64,000 nucleotides of DNA from Candidatus Xenobia bacterium (GCA_045863235.1 BTUM01000034.1:13402-77401), one strand, 5' to 3'. Shown: positions 52,249-62,227, numbered from the stretch's first letter. The notes: generated by a model not told the origin, from the sequence alone. Numbers and translations are program-made.

Positions 52249-54096
52249 ATGGCTTTAGGGGTCACCGCCCTCCCCCAACAAGCGATCGTCCCGGGATTCA
52301 ATCCGGTAGCGCCGATTCAAAACGGCGGGGCCCCCGTTGCCAACCGGACAGATGGCTTTACCGGGTCGGACGCGCTGCGCGACCCCGCCATGAACCCGCT
52401 GGCTGCCTCGCAGGGAATGAATTTTGCCCAGAACCTGAGCGGTGGGATGATGGATGGCATCCTGGCCAGCCAGGCAATGCAGGTGGTGCAGGGCATCCAG
52501 ACCGGCCAGGGCGACCCCAAATCGGCCGCTCAATCGCTGATGGGCGACTACCAGCGAGCCAAGCTGAACAACCTTCCCATCAAGCCTGAGACTGAGGCGC
52601 TGGTCAAGCAGGCTCTGGAGATGGCCCAGCAGGCCGGCTTGCTGGCCGATCCCCAGCAACAGCAACAACAGGGCGGCGGTGGACCTCAGGGTGGAGCCCC
52701 GCAGGGCGGAGCTCCTCAGGGCGGCGGAGGCAATACCGGCGGCGGAGGAAGTCCATCGGGCGGCTCCAGCCCGTCCGGCGGCAGCCCTTCAGGTGGCTCC
52801 AGCCCGTCCGGCGGCAGCCCGTCGGGTGGCTCCAGCCCGTCCGGAGGCAGCCCTTCGGGTGGTTCCAGCCCCACGGGCGGCAACTCGCCGGCGACCTCTC
52901 CTCGCCAGGTAAGCTCGGCGCCCGAGACGGCCGAGCCTCAGGCCACCGAACAAGCTCAGCAGCAGCAAGCCGCGGCCCAGCAACAGGCCGCCCCGCAACC
53001 GGCGACGACTCCCCAGCCGGCGACGACTCCCCAGCCAGCCAGCACGGCCGGGCCGGTCACCCAGGTGGCCGAGACACCGGTGGGCGAGCGCGTGGCGGAC
53101 ACCCCTCCGGCCACGCCCACCCAGGCCATCGGGCAATTCGGCCAGGACACGCCCAACAACTGCTCGGCCATCGCCATCATCAAGGGGATGCGCGCCCAGT
53201 GGGGCCGCGACGCGATGCACGTCGAGCGAGCCGAGAACGGCGGCGTGAACGTCACCATGCGTGACGACTACCAGGTCAGCCTCACCCGCGAGCAGCTCGC
53301 CCAGGCGCGCGATGCCAGCCAGTTCCAGGGGAACGGCTGGGGACGCAACAACGCCGTGGTCTACCAGGCGGCAGCGGCGGCCCGCATGGCTCAAGAGAAC
53401 GGCATCGAGTATCCGGATGCGCTGCGCCAGCTGAACACCAACCAGTTCCCGCAAGACATCGCACGCTACTATGGCGTGCGGACCCAGGAAGTCGACCCTC
53501 GCACGCTGCAGAGCCCCGACGGCACCCAGCATAGCACGGCCATCGGCTACGACAACGTGGCCAGCGGCCGGCCCGGCGACACCGGCACCGCCAACCACAC
53601 CGCCCTGATCGCTCGCGGCCAAAACGGCCAGATGGTCTACGACCACTACGGCCAGGCGCGTCCATACGAAGGCTCCATCACCAATGACCAGGGCGTCAGC
53701 GGTCAGGTGGACAAAGCCTTCGTGCTGACTGACGTCAACCCGCGTCCGGGCAGCACCGGACAGCAGTTGGGCGGCTGGGGGAACAATATCGGCCGCACCA
53801 TCGCCAGCTTCACTTCCAAGAACGCTGGAGAGACGGCTCCGGCTGCCGGACGCGCGACGGACACGTCCAGCCTGGCCGCCAACACCACCCGGCCCACGGG
53901 CACCGCCCCGGGCAGCAGCGGCGGCGGCGCGGTCAAGCCAGCCACCGGCTCGGCCTCCCCCGGCTCCACGGCTTCGTCGGGCTCCTCGGGCGCCGGCTCG
54001 ACTTCCAGCGCCAAGAAGAGCAGCAGCTCGACGACCACCAAGAGCACGCCCAGCAAGCCCAGGACGAGCACCACCTCCAGCACCAAGAAGGCCTGA
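52249..54096 (+). CDS. Low-complexity protein with a central papain-like (Cys-His-Asp) domain
   Basis: AGGAGG RBS; G/S/Q/P-rich linkers; FGQDTPNNC...NHTALI...YDHYG. Confidence 0.72.
   Translation: MALGVTALPQQAIVPGFNPVAPIQNGGAPVANRTDGFTGSDALRDPAMNPLAASQGMNFAQNLSGGMMDGILASQAMQVVQGIQTGQGDPKSAAQSLMGDYQRAKLNNLPIKPETEALVKQALEMAQQAGLLADPQQQQQQGGGGPQGGAPQGGAPQGGGGNTGGGGSPSGGSSPSGGSPSGGSSPSGGSPSGGSSPSGGSPSGGSSPTGGNSPATSPRQVSSAPETAEPQATEQAQQQQAAAQQQAAPQPATTPQPATTPQPASTAGPVTQVAETPVGERVADTPPATPTQAIGQFGQDTPNNCSAIAIIKGMRAQWGRDAMHVERAENGGVNVTMRDDYQVSLTREQLAQARDASQFQGNGWGRNNAVVYQAAAAARMAQENGIEYPDALRQLNTNQFPQDIARYYGVRTQEVDPRTLQSPDGTQHSTAIGYDNVASGRPGDTGTANHTALIARGQNGQMVYDHYGQARPYEGSITNDQGVSGQVDKAFVLTDVNPRPGSTGQQLGGWGNNIGRTIASFTSKNAGETAPAAGRATDTSSLAANTTRPTGTAPGSSGGGAVKPATGSASPGSTASSGSSGAGSTSSAKKSSSSTTTKSTPSKPRTSTTSSTKKA
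52750..52885 (+). repeat. Coding tandem repeat (SPSGGS/SPSGG)
   Basis: About 33-bp units GGCTCCAGCCCGTCCGGCGGCAGCCCnTCnGGT within ORF 52249. Confidence 0.8.
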
Positions 54097-54159
54097 GCGC
54101 CTCGTCAGGCTGCTCGATCATTTCCGAGTCCGATTCCTGATCGTTGGCGGCAAAGAAAG

Positions 54160-54873
54160 CTAGAGATACTTGCGCAACATCCAGCGCCAGGCGGGCCAGT
54201 CGTGCAGCACGTGGCCGTCTAGAATATCCAGGAAGTGCTCCACTCCAAGCTTGGAGAGGGTCTCCGAGAGACGCAGCGTGGGACCGAGACAGAAATCCCA
54301 GTCCGAGCTGGCCAGGATGATGTCCAGCCGGTTTCGATAAAGGTCGAGATACCACGGGTCCTTCAGGTTGGGCAGGTAGTCGGTGGGGCAATGGTAGTAA
54401 CCGTCGAGTCCCTCGTAATCGTCGAGGTACTTGCGAATGCAATAGTCGCCCCCCATGGCGATGACCCGGTTGACCAGGTCGGGGTGGCGCAGGCTGAAGT
54501 TCATGGCGTGGTAGGCGCCGAAGCTCGCTCCGGTGGCGATCAGGTAGTCGACCTGGTTGTGCTCGCGCAAGAAGGGCAGGTACTCTTCCACCAGGTAGCG
54601 GTCGAACTCTGCGTGGCGGGCGATGCGCTCCTCGGGGTCAGCCTCGTGGTTGTAGAGGGCCTCGCGATCCACCGAGTCCAGGCAGAACATCTGCACCCAG
54701 CCGTTCTCGAGATGCTCGCGCACCACCTCGACCATCCCGAAGTCCTCCCACTGCCAGGGCCGGCCGTTGGAGGTGGGAAAAACCAGTACCGGAGCGCCCC
54801 CCTGACCCAGGATGATGGTCTCCATGTCGCGGCCCAGGATTTTGCTTGGCAGCTTGCGATAGCGGCGCTCCAT
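54160..54873 (-). CDS. Alpha/beta-hydrolase esterase family protein
   Basis: PVLVFPTS.G, GASFGAYHA nucleophile elbow, HDWPAW. Confidence 0.88.
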   Translation of the reverse strand: MERRYRKLPSKILGRDMETIILGQGGAPVLVFPTSNGRPWQWEDFGMVEVVREHLENGWVQMFCLDSVDREALYNHEADPEERIARHAEFDRYLVEEYLPFLREHNQVDYLIATGASFGAYHAMNFSLRHPDLVNRVIAMGGDYCIRKYLDDYEGLDGYYHCPTDYLPNLKDPWYLDLYRNRLDIILASSDWDFCLGPTLRLSETLSKLGVEHFLDILDGHVLHDWPAWRWMLRKYL

Positions 54874-55026
54874 ATGCTCTTTCGTCCATTGAGAATGCCC
54901 CCCGAACGAGTTCTAAAGTGCGAGGCCCCGCACTTTAAGGCGCCGGGCTTTGAACACTTCGGGAATTAGCGCGGCGCCGTTCAACAGATTGTCTACAGTT
55001 CGTCAGCTTGTGCGAATGCGGCAAGA

Positions 55027-58000
55027 CTAGCGTCCCCGAAGCTGGATGTTCCCGGTCGCCACCGGAGCGGCCTCGTCCAGCGACCAGCCCATCTTCCGCA
55101 TGGTCTCGAGAATGGTCATCATGTTGGGCGCGTAGTAAGTCCAGCGGCTCAGCACCAGGTCGGCGGTCTCCTCGTCGTCCACCGAGAGCAAGGTCAGCTC
55201 GACCAGAGTCTGGCGGGCTGAGAGCTGGCGGGAAGGGCGCATCTCGCTGGAAAGCTCCACCACGCACTGGCGCACGGCCTGCATCCGCTCGCGGCTCAGC
55301 TCGATTCGGCGCAGGTAATCGACCGCATCGCCCGGCTCTTCGCAAATCAGAAAGCGAGCCATCTCGGTGAGGGCCCGGCAGCGGTTGTCCGAGCGCTTGA
55401 GAAGTGCGAGCAGCTCATCGGCCGCCTCGCGCTCGCCCATGATCAGCTGGGCCCGCAACAGGGCCAGGACGATCTCCTCGCGAGAAATTGGATCGCTGGC
55501 GGCCACGGCCTGCATGGCTCGCTCGAGCAGGGCGCGGGCACGCTGGCCCAGGCGCACGATCTGTTGCAGGGCCGGAGCCACGGCCAGCTCCACCGGAGCC
55601 AGCTGATCGAGGCAGTCGAAGGCCTGGTCGATCTGGAAGCGCTCGCCAGTCTCGTTGCCAATGCTGTGCAGGGCCCGGGCGGCGGCCAGGTGGCCTTCCG
55701 CCTTGTGACCCGGCCGGGACTCGCGCTGCAAGGTTTCCAGGCTCTCCTGCAGCACCTTCTCGGCCCGGGGCAGATCGCCCGTCTCCACGCAGTGCGTTGC
55801 CAGCTCGGCCAGGGTGACCGCCTGGGCCGCCCCCGGGCCTACCGCCCGGGCTGCTCCCAGCGCCTGCTCGAACAACTTGCGGGCCCAGTCCACCTCTCCC
55901 AGGCGGTACATGCCGCGGGAGACGGCGATCAGCGCGGTGGCCCGGGTGGCCGGCTCGACCGTCTGGGTAGCGGTCTGGGCAGCCACGTGCATCATGCTGG
56001 TGGAATATTCGTGACCGCTGGAGACCAGCCCCACGGCCAGACTGACGCGGGTGTTCTGGTCTTGACGCTCGGCGGGTGGCTCGCACGATGCCTGCAGCGA
56101 GTTGAAGGCCAGATCGCGAGCCCGATTCTGGTCGCCCGTCTCGGCCACGCAGCCGGCCACGAACGAGAGCGCCCGGGCCTTCAGGTCGCGATCCTCCACC
56201 AGGAATGCCAGCCGGGCGCTTTCGGAGAAGCGCAGGTTCGAGTTCCGAAAATCGCGCAGCCGGTGCAGGCAGGTGCCCAGCACCGCGTGGGCCCTCGAGC
56301 GCAGGTGGTAGTCCTCCAGCGTCTCGGCCACGGCCGCGAAGCGCTCCACCAGCTCCAGGCTGTAGGGTCGGCGGCCGGCCTCGGCCAGGCTCTGGATGAT
56401 CCGCACCAGGGCTTTGCAGCGCTCCTCGGGAGAGACCAGCTGGACGGCCACCTGGCTCAGCTGCAGATACGCCTCCCGGGGCCAGCTCGCCCCCTGGTGG
56501 GCCTCCCGTGCCAGGGCGGCGGCCACGGCCCCCAGGGCGATGCCTTTGCGAGTTTCCCAGCGCAGCCCACCAAGGATCTCCAGGGCCCGGGGGAACTGCT
56601 TGTCGTCGAAGCCCGCCCCCAGCAGCTCCTCCAGAGGAGCCAGATCGCGCCCCACCAGCCGGGGCGGCACCCCGTTGGCGCCCACCCGCGACTTCTCGTG
56701 GGTCAGGCTGCGCCGTGCCGACTCGCGGTCCTCGGCGTCCTCCACCCGGCTCGACCAGTCCCAACCCTGCGCCAGAGCCGCCAGGCGCAGCTCGTCGCTC
56801 AAGCGCTGATTCTGGCCCAGTTTGAGGGCATAGGAAACAGCCTTGAGAGGCTCCTCCTCGCGATCGAGCAACAAGAAGGCCTGGGCGCGATCATGCCCGG
56901 CCAGGTCGGCCACGATGCTGAGCAACAAAGGGAGATCGTCTTCATAGAGGCGAGGGCGAGGCACAGCCAGGGCCTCTTGCAAGAAGCGCTCGACCAGCTC
57001 GGGCTTGGACTCGTTCCACGACTGCCAGGCCAGCAGCAAGAAGCCCAGCAGGCGAAGGCGCTCGTCCGCCAACAGTCCGGCCCGCTCGTGAGCCAGCTCC
57101 AACTCTCCCAGGTCGGCCATCTCGTGCAGGCCGGGAGCGGCTTCCTCGCTGATCAGGCGGGGGATGCTGAGCCCGTAGTGGATGATGCGGGGCAGGTCCA
57201 CCTCTTCCAGGGCGGCTCGCAGGCAGCGGTGCAGATCGTCGAGCACGGCCCGCAGCGAGCGGGTGTTCTTCAGCTTGGCGCGCAGATAGGGCCCCTCGCC
57301 CAACCAGTGCAGCACCGAGAAATCGACCCGGCGGGCGGTGCGAGCGAGCCGGTCGCAGTGATGGCCAAGAAAGCGCCAGCCATAGGGATCGGTCATCTCC
57401 TCCCAGGACGGGAAGGCTTCCCGGAAGTAGGCCACGACGCCCCGGTGGATGCTCACCAGGTCGCGCTGGAAAAGACGCGCCAGCAGGTGGCTCATAGCGG
57501 GATGGAACAGCCGGATGCGTCCCTCCTCCTCGCACAGCAAGGGATGGAGAGCCTTGAGCAGCATGTTCACCCGCGAAGCCGAGAGGGCCAGAAAATCGGC
57601 CAGGCTGAAGGCCGGCAGCGGTTCGCCCGCCTCGCACAGACAACAGGCCACCCGGGCCATCTCCTCCTGGGTCACCCCATCGGGCGCCAGCGAGACGATC
57701 TCGTCCCACAGGCCGGCCATGGCGCGGTCGAGAGCGGGCAGGTCGAAAGACTTGCTGTGCAGGTCTTGATGGTCGAGCAGCCGTTCGGAGAAGGCGTCGG
57801 CCACCAGCCGGGCCACCAGAAAATTGCCCCCGGACAGCCGGCTCAGGCGGGGCAGCGCCGTCTGGCTGCGCCCCATGTCGCGCAAACGCTCCGAAAGGTA
57901 GCTCTCGACGTCTCGCAGGTTCTCAGGGTCCTCTTGCTTGAGCCGGAAAAACCGGGCCCCCGAGCGCTCCAGCCCGGCCATGTCGTGAGTGGGCCGGGTA

Positions 58001-58449
58001 GCGATGAGCAGCCGTACGCCGGCGATGGGCCGATCGAGCCCTGCCAGCCCGGAGCCATCGAGCAGATCCTGGGCCCGGTCGAGCGAGTCGACCACCACCA
58101 GGCGAGTGGCCCGCCCATCCAGGGGCAGGTGCTCGTGAGCCCAGCGGGAGGCCTCGAAGGCCGGCACGGGAAGCTTCTTTCCCTCCAGGTCAGTCTGGCC
58201 CAGCAGGGCCGACCAGAACCCCTCCTGACGGTGCGTGCCCAGCGGGCGGCGCACATCCACCAGAATGCTGTGGGCGTGACGAGCGGTCAGCTCGCGCAGG
58301 AACTCGCTCTTGCCCACCCCGGGCGGGCCCACCAGCACCGCCGCCCAACTGCCGTCTTCGGCCATCCAGCGCTCGAGGCGCTCGAAGAGCCAGTTGCGAG
58401 CCACCTGGGAGCCGGCGATTTTTTTGCTACGAGCGGTCTTTTTGGCCAT
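55027..58449 (-). CDS. STAND/NACHT-like P-loop NTPase with a C-terminal TPR-like solenoid
   Basis: RNWLFERLERW, GPPGVGKS, LVVVDSLD, LIATR, GNFLVA, RLFH; about 700-aa helical repeat tail; ATG 58449. Confidence 0.8.
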   Translation of the reverse strand: MAKKTARSKKIAGSQVARNWLFERLERWMAEDGSWAAVLVGPPGVGKSEFLRELTARHAHSILVDVRRPLGTHRQEGFWSALLGQTDLEGKKLPVPAFEASRWAHEHLPLDGRATRLVVVDSLDRAQDLLDGSGLAGLDRPIAGVRLLIATRPTHDMAGLERSGARFFRLKQEDPENLRDVESYLSERLRDMGRSQTALPRLSRLSGGNFLVARLVADAFSERLLDHQDLHSKSFDLPALDRAMAGLWDEIVSLAPDGVTQEEMARVACCLCEAGEPLPAFSLADFLALSASRVNMLLKALHPLLCEEEGRIRLFHPAMSHLLARLFQRDLVSIHRGVVAYFREAFPSWEEMTDPYGWRFLGHHCDRLARTARRVDFSVLHWLGEGPYLRAKLKNTRSLRAVLDDLHRCLRAALEEVDLPRIIHYGLSIPRLISEEAAPGLHEMADLGELELAHERAGLLADERLRLLGFLLLAWQSWNESKPELVERFLQEALAVPRPRLYEDDLPLLLSIVADLAGHDRAQAFLLLDREEEPLKAVSYALKLGQNQRLSDELRLAALAQGWDWSSRVEDAEDRESARRSLTHEKSRVGANGVPPRLVGRDLAPLEELLGAGFDDKQFPRALEILGGLRWETRKGIALGAVAAALAREAHQGASWPREAYLQLSQVAVQLVSPEERCKALVRIIQSLAEAGRRPYSLELVERFAAVAETLEDYHLRSRAHAVLGTCLHRLRDFRNSNLRFSESARLAFLVEDRDLKARALSFVAGCVAETGDQNRARDLAFNSLQASCEPPAERQDQNTRVSLAVGLVSSGHEYSTSMMHVAAQTATQTVEPATRATALIAVSRGMYRLGEVDWARKLFEQALGAARAVGPGAAQAVTLAELATHCVETGDLPRAEKVLQESLETLQRESRPGHKAEGHLAAARALHSIGNETGERFQIDQAFDCLDQLAPVELAVAPALQQIVRLGQRARALLERAMQAVAASDPISREEIVLALLRAQLIMGEREAADELLALLKRSDNRCRALTEMARFLICEEPGDAVDYLRRIELSRERMQAVRQCVVELSSEMRPSRQLSARQTLVELTLLSVDDEETADLVLSRWTYYAPNMMTILETMRKMGWSLDEAAPVATGNIQLRGR

Positions 58450-58688
58450 GGGAGGCGGCTTTCGGGGAGGGCGCGAGGGGTTCCTTTTGGCGTCGTGACT
58501 GCAATGGCGCCACAAGGACGGGCTCGACCTCTCCACCGAGACAGAGGAAGGATTTTTTGCCCAGACCGAAAACAAATTACCTCGAAGACGTCTTTGGCTT
58601 TATTTTTTTAACCAAGACCGCCTCAGAGCAATCCTTACGGAGGATCTTGACCTTGTTCTCACTCTGGCTTGCCCAGGAAACCCCGGCC

Positions 58689-59930
58689 ATGCAGCCCGGG
58701 GATGTCGCCTGGATGCTGATAGCCACCGGCCTGGTGGTGCTGATGACTCCCGCACTGGGATTCTTCTATGGCGGACTGGTCCGCTCCAAGAACTCGCTCA
58801 ACACCATGATGATGAGCTACGTCTCCTTCGGAGCCGTGGGCGTGCTCTGGTTCTTGCTGGGCTACAGCCTGGCTTTCGGAAGCGGCAACAGCTGGCTCGG
58901 TGGCCTGGACTTGAGCCTGCTGCAGAACGTGGGCCTGGAAGCCAAGGGAGCCATCCCGCACCTGCTCTTCGCGGCTTACCAGGCCACCTTCGTCATCATC
59001 ACCGCCGCCCTGATCTCAGGAGCGGTGGTGGAGCGGATGCGTTTTGGCCCCTATCTCGCCTTCATCGCCCTGTGGAGCCTGGTGGTCTACGGCCCGCTGG
59101 CCCACTGGGTCTGGGGCGGGGGCTGGCTGGGAACGATGGGCGCTCTGGACTTCGCCGGCGGCACGGTGGTGCACATCAATGCCGGCCTGGCAGCGGTGGT
59201 GGCCGCCCTCACCCTGGGCCCGCGCAAGGAATACGGCAGACAGGCCCTGCTGCCTCATAACGTGCCCATGGTCTTGCTGGGCGCGGCCCTGCTCTGGTTC
59301 GGGTGGTTCGGATTCAACGGCGGCAGCGCCCTGGCGGCCAATTCCACCGCCGTACTGGCTTTTGTCAACACGCTGCTGGCTCCGTGCTCGGCCATGCTGG
59401 TCTGGGTGCTGCTCGACCTCTTCCGCACCAAACGCGCCACCGCGGTGGGCGCAGCCACGGCCATCGTGGTGGGCCTGGTGGGCATCACCCCGGCAGCCGG
59501 CTTCATCAGCCCGCTGAACGCCCTTCTATTGGGGGCCCTGGTCGTCTTCCCCAGCTACTACGGCATCCTCTGGCGCAGCCGCACCCGCCTGGACGACTCG
59601 CTGGACGTCTTTGCCGGCCACGGGCTCGGAGGCGTCACCGGAGCCCTGCTGACCGGCATCTTCTGTCAGAAAGCCTGGGGCTCGCCAGCCGACGGCCTGC
59701 TCTTCGGCAACCCCGGGCAACTGGGCATCCAGCTGCTGGCGGTGGTGGCCGCCCTGGTCTGGAGCGCCGTGGGCACCTTCGCCCTGCTCAAGCTGATCGC
59801 CCTGATCACCCCGCTGCGGGCCGACCAGCGCATGGAGGGCCACGGCCTGGACGTCACCCAGCATGGCGAGGAAGCCTACAGCTCGGGTGAGGGCGCCATC
59901 CTGGTGCTCACGCGCGGGAGCGCCGCATGA
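58689..59930 (+). CDS. amtB: Ammonium transporter
   Basis: LMTPALGFFYGG, DFAGGTVVH, LWFGWFGFNGGS, DDSLDVFAGHG, HGEEAY. Confidence 0.97.
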   Translation: MQPGDVAWMLIATGLVVLMTPALGFFYGGLVRSKNSLNTMMMSYVSFGAVGVLWFLLGYSLAFGSGNSWLGGLDLSLLQNVGLEAKGAIPHLLFAAYQATFVIITAALISGAVVERMRFGPYLAFIALWSLVVYGPLAHWVWGGGWLGTMGALDFAGGTVVHINAGLAAVVAALTLGPRKEYGRQALLPHNVPMVLLGAALLWFGWFGFNGGSALAANSTAVLAFVNTLLAPCSAMLVWVLLDLFRTKRATAVGAATAIVVGLVGITPAAGFISPLNALLLGALVVFPSYYGILWRSRTRLDDSLDVFAGHGLGGVTGALLTGIFCQKAWGSPADGLLFGNPGQLGIQLLAVVAALVWSAVGTFALLKLIALITPLRADQRMEGHGLDVTQHGEEAYSSGEGAILVLTRGSAA

Positions 59931-60331
59931 AGTTGATCGTGGCCGTCATCCGTCCCGAAAAGCTCAACGACGTGCTCGAGGCCCTCTTCAAGGCCGACGT
60001 GTGCGGACTGACCGTCTCGCGCGTGCACGGTCACGGGGGTGAGACCGAGCGGGTGGAGACCTACCGTGGCACCACCGTCAAGATGGAGCTGACCGAGAAG
60101 ATTCGCCTGGAGATCGGGGTCAGCGAATCCTACGTCGAGCCCACCGTGCAGGCTATCCTGGAGTCGGCCCGCACAGGCGAAGTGGGCGACGGCAAGGTCT
60201 TCGTCATGCCCATCGAGCGGGTCTATCGCATCCGAACCGGCGAGCGCAACGAGGCGGCGGTGACCCCCGAGGGGGTGCCCAACACGGCCACCTCGCAGGC
60301 GGTGATGATGGTCAGCACGAACGACCCCTGA
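59927..60331 (+). CDS. glnK: PII nitrogen regulatory protein
   Basis: MKLIVAVIRPEKL, T-loop ETYRG, TGEVGDGKVF, RIRTGE; coupled to amtB. Confidence 0.93.
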   Translation: MKLIVAVIRPEKLNDVLEALFKADVCGLTVSRVHGHGGETERVETYRGTTVKMELTEKIRLEIGVSESYVEPTVQAILESARTGEVGDGKVFVMPIERVYRIRTGERNEAAVTPEGVPNTATSQAVMMVSTNDP

Positions 60332-60333
60332 GG

Positions 60334-60963
60334 TTGTTCTTCAAGCGGCGCCAGCGTCCGGTGGTCGAAACCCCTTCCCCGCAAGGCAGCGGCGAGCCCA
60401 ATCGCCATGGACTGCCCCGCCTCCCCATCGGCCAGACGGCCACCACGAAGTGGCCCGTGCTGCACTACGGAAAAGTGCCCACCATCGAGCGCTGGGAGCT
60501 GGTGGTGGACGGCCTGGTGCAAAGGCCGCTGCACCTCTCGTGGGACGAGTTCCTGCAGCTCGAGCAGGTAGAGGACCGCTCCGACTTTCACTGCGTCACC
60601 GGCTGGTCGCGCTTTGACTTGAGCTGGCAGGGGGTGCGTCTGGCCCATCTGGCCGAGCAAGCAGGGCTGTTGCCCGCCGCGGTCGCCGTCATGTGCCACG
60701 GCCTGGATGGCTACGAGACCAACCTGCCCCTCTCCATGGCTTTGCAGAGCGACGTGCTGCTCGTGCACACGGCCGAAGGGCAGCCGCTGACCGACGAGCA
60801 CGGGGGTCCGGTGCGGGTCATCACCCCCCGCCTCTACGCCTGGAAGGGGGCCAAATGGTTGTGCCGGTTGGAGTTCCTGGCCCATGATCGACCCGGCTTC
60901 TGGGAGCGTAACGGTTACTCCAACACCGCCGACCCGTGGCGCGACGACCGCTATTCGTCGTGA
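60334..60963 (+). CDS. Sulfite oxidase-like molybdopterin oxidoreductase
   Basis: RLP.GQ, DFHCVTGWS, YETNLPL, EHGGPVR, YAWKGAKW, GFWERNGY. Confidence 0.9.
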   Translation: MFFKRRQRPVVETPSPQGSGEPNRHGLPRLPIGQTATTKWPVLHYGKVPTIERWELVVDGLVQRPLHLSWDEFLQLEQVEDRSDFHCVTGWSRFDLSWQGVRLAHLAEQAGLLPAAVAVMCHGLDGYETNLPLSMALQSDVLLVHTAEGQPLTDEHGGPVRVITPRLYAWKGAKWLCRLEFLAHDRPGFWERNGYSNTADPWRDDRYSS

Positions 60964-61012
60964 ACCGTCGCTCTGGTGACGAGGTTGGGCTGGAGTCCGG
61001 CGGGAACGCCTG

Positions 61013-61738
61013 ATGTTTGCCCTCTCCAAATGGTATCTCGACTGCGTCAGCTCCGAGGGGGAGGCCTTCATCGGCTACAGCGCCGAGCTCTCCTGGGGAG
61101 AGCGCCGCCTCTCCTACGTGGGCCGGGTGAACGGCCCCAGCTCGTTGACCCGCGAGAGCCCTCCCCGCCTGACCGATCAGGCTGTGGAATGGGAGTCGGA
61201 GACACTGGGAGTGCGGGGAGCCTGGACGGGCTCGGATCCACTGCCGGAGGTCTCCCTCTTCGAGGGAGCCGTACTGTGGCAGGTGCTGCGTCCCTGCGCC
61301 CGGGTGGTGCTGCAAGGTGAGATGGAGGGCTGGGGCTACGCCGAGAAAGTGCGGCTCGGGCGCATCCCCTGGAAGCTGGATATCGGCCAGTTGCGCTGGG
61401 GGCGCTTCACCTCCCCTTCGAGCTGGCTGGTGTGGGTGGGCTGGTCCGGGGGACTGCTCGTCTACCGCGATGGAGCCGCCCAGACCGAGGCTCGACTGGA
61501 GCCGGACGGCCTGAGCTGGCCCGGGGGAAGGTTGACCGTGGAGCGCGGCACGGTGCTGCGCCAGGGACCGTTGGCCCGCACCGTGCCGGTGCTCAGCTCG
61601 CTGGTGCCGGCTGCACTGCGCGAACAGAAGTGGATCTCTCGGGGCTGGCTCGACGGCCAGCCGGGCTGGGTGATTCACGAGGTGGTGCACTTCCCGCGCA
61701 GGAGGAAGGCGCGCGTGGCACAGAAGTCAGGCTCATGA
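61013..61738 (+). CDS. Hypothetical Trp-rich beta protein
   Basis: KWYLDCV, GWGYAE, LRWGRF, EQKW motifs; in operon context. Confidence 0.7.
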   Translation: MFALSKWYLDCVSSEGEAFIGYSAELSWGERRLSYVGRVNGPSSLTRESPPRLTDQAVEWESETLGVRGAWTGSDPLPEVSLFEGAVLWQVLRPCARVVLQGEMEGWGYAEKVRLGRIPWKLDIGQLRWGRFTSPSSWLVWVGWSGGLLVYRDGAAQTEARLEPDGLSWPGGRLTVERGTVLRQGPLARTVPVLSSLVPAALREQKWISRGWLDGQPGWVIHEVVHFPRRRKARVAQKSGS

Positions 61739-62205
61739 AGAGCAAGGTGCTGTTGTGCTGCTGGCTGGCTCTGATGGCGCTCTCGTGGGCCGAGACGCTC
61801 TATCAAAACCCGCGTTACGGCTTCGAGCTCGAGGTTCCGAAGGGCTTTCGGGCCCAGGAAGCGCCCGCCAACGAGGATGGCCGCACCTTCTCCGACGGCA
61901 CCTCGGAGCTTCTGGCCTGGGGCAGCAACAACGTTCTCTCGCAGACTTTCGAGCAGGCTTACCGCGAGGCCGTCGCGGCCGCCCGCGAGGAGGGTCCCAT
62001 CGGCTACCAGGCCAGCGGGAAGAGCTGGTTCGTGGTGAGCTGGGTGAGCGGCCAGAGCATCATCTACCAGAAGACGTTTCATGGCGCAGGCTGCAGCCAG
62101 AGTTTTCGTCTGAGCTATCCGCTGGCCCGAAAGTCCGAGCTCGACCCCGTCGTGAAGCGGCTGGAAGCCAGCTTCAAGCCGGGGGATCTGAGTCGGGCCC
62201 ACTGA
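61735..62205 (+). CDS. Secreted hypothetical protein
   Basis: ATGA overlap; signal peptide; YQNPRYGF...PANEDGRTF...WFVVS...IIYQK. Confidence 0.75.
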   Translation: MKSKVLLCCWLALMALSWAETLYQNPRYGFELEVPKGFRAQEAPANEDGRTFSDGTSELLAWGSNNVLSQTFEQAYREAVAAAREEGPIGYQASGKSWFVVSWVSGQSIIYQKTFHGAGCSQSFRLSYPLARKSELDPVVKRLEASFKPGDLSRAH

Positions 62206-62227
62206 AGTCGGGCGGTTAAAGAGGCTC

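Noticed and set aside
55564..58611. 1015-aa plus-strand ORF and similar long overlapping ORFs (e.g. 372..1592, 12390..14699, 40493..42505, 46165..48408, 50061..52061)
   Set aside because: These are high-GC shadow frames opposite genes with clear motifs; their compositions are not protein-like.
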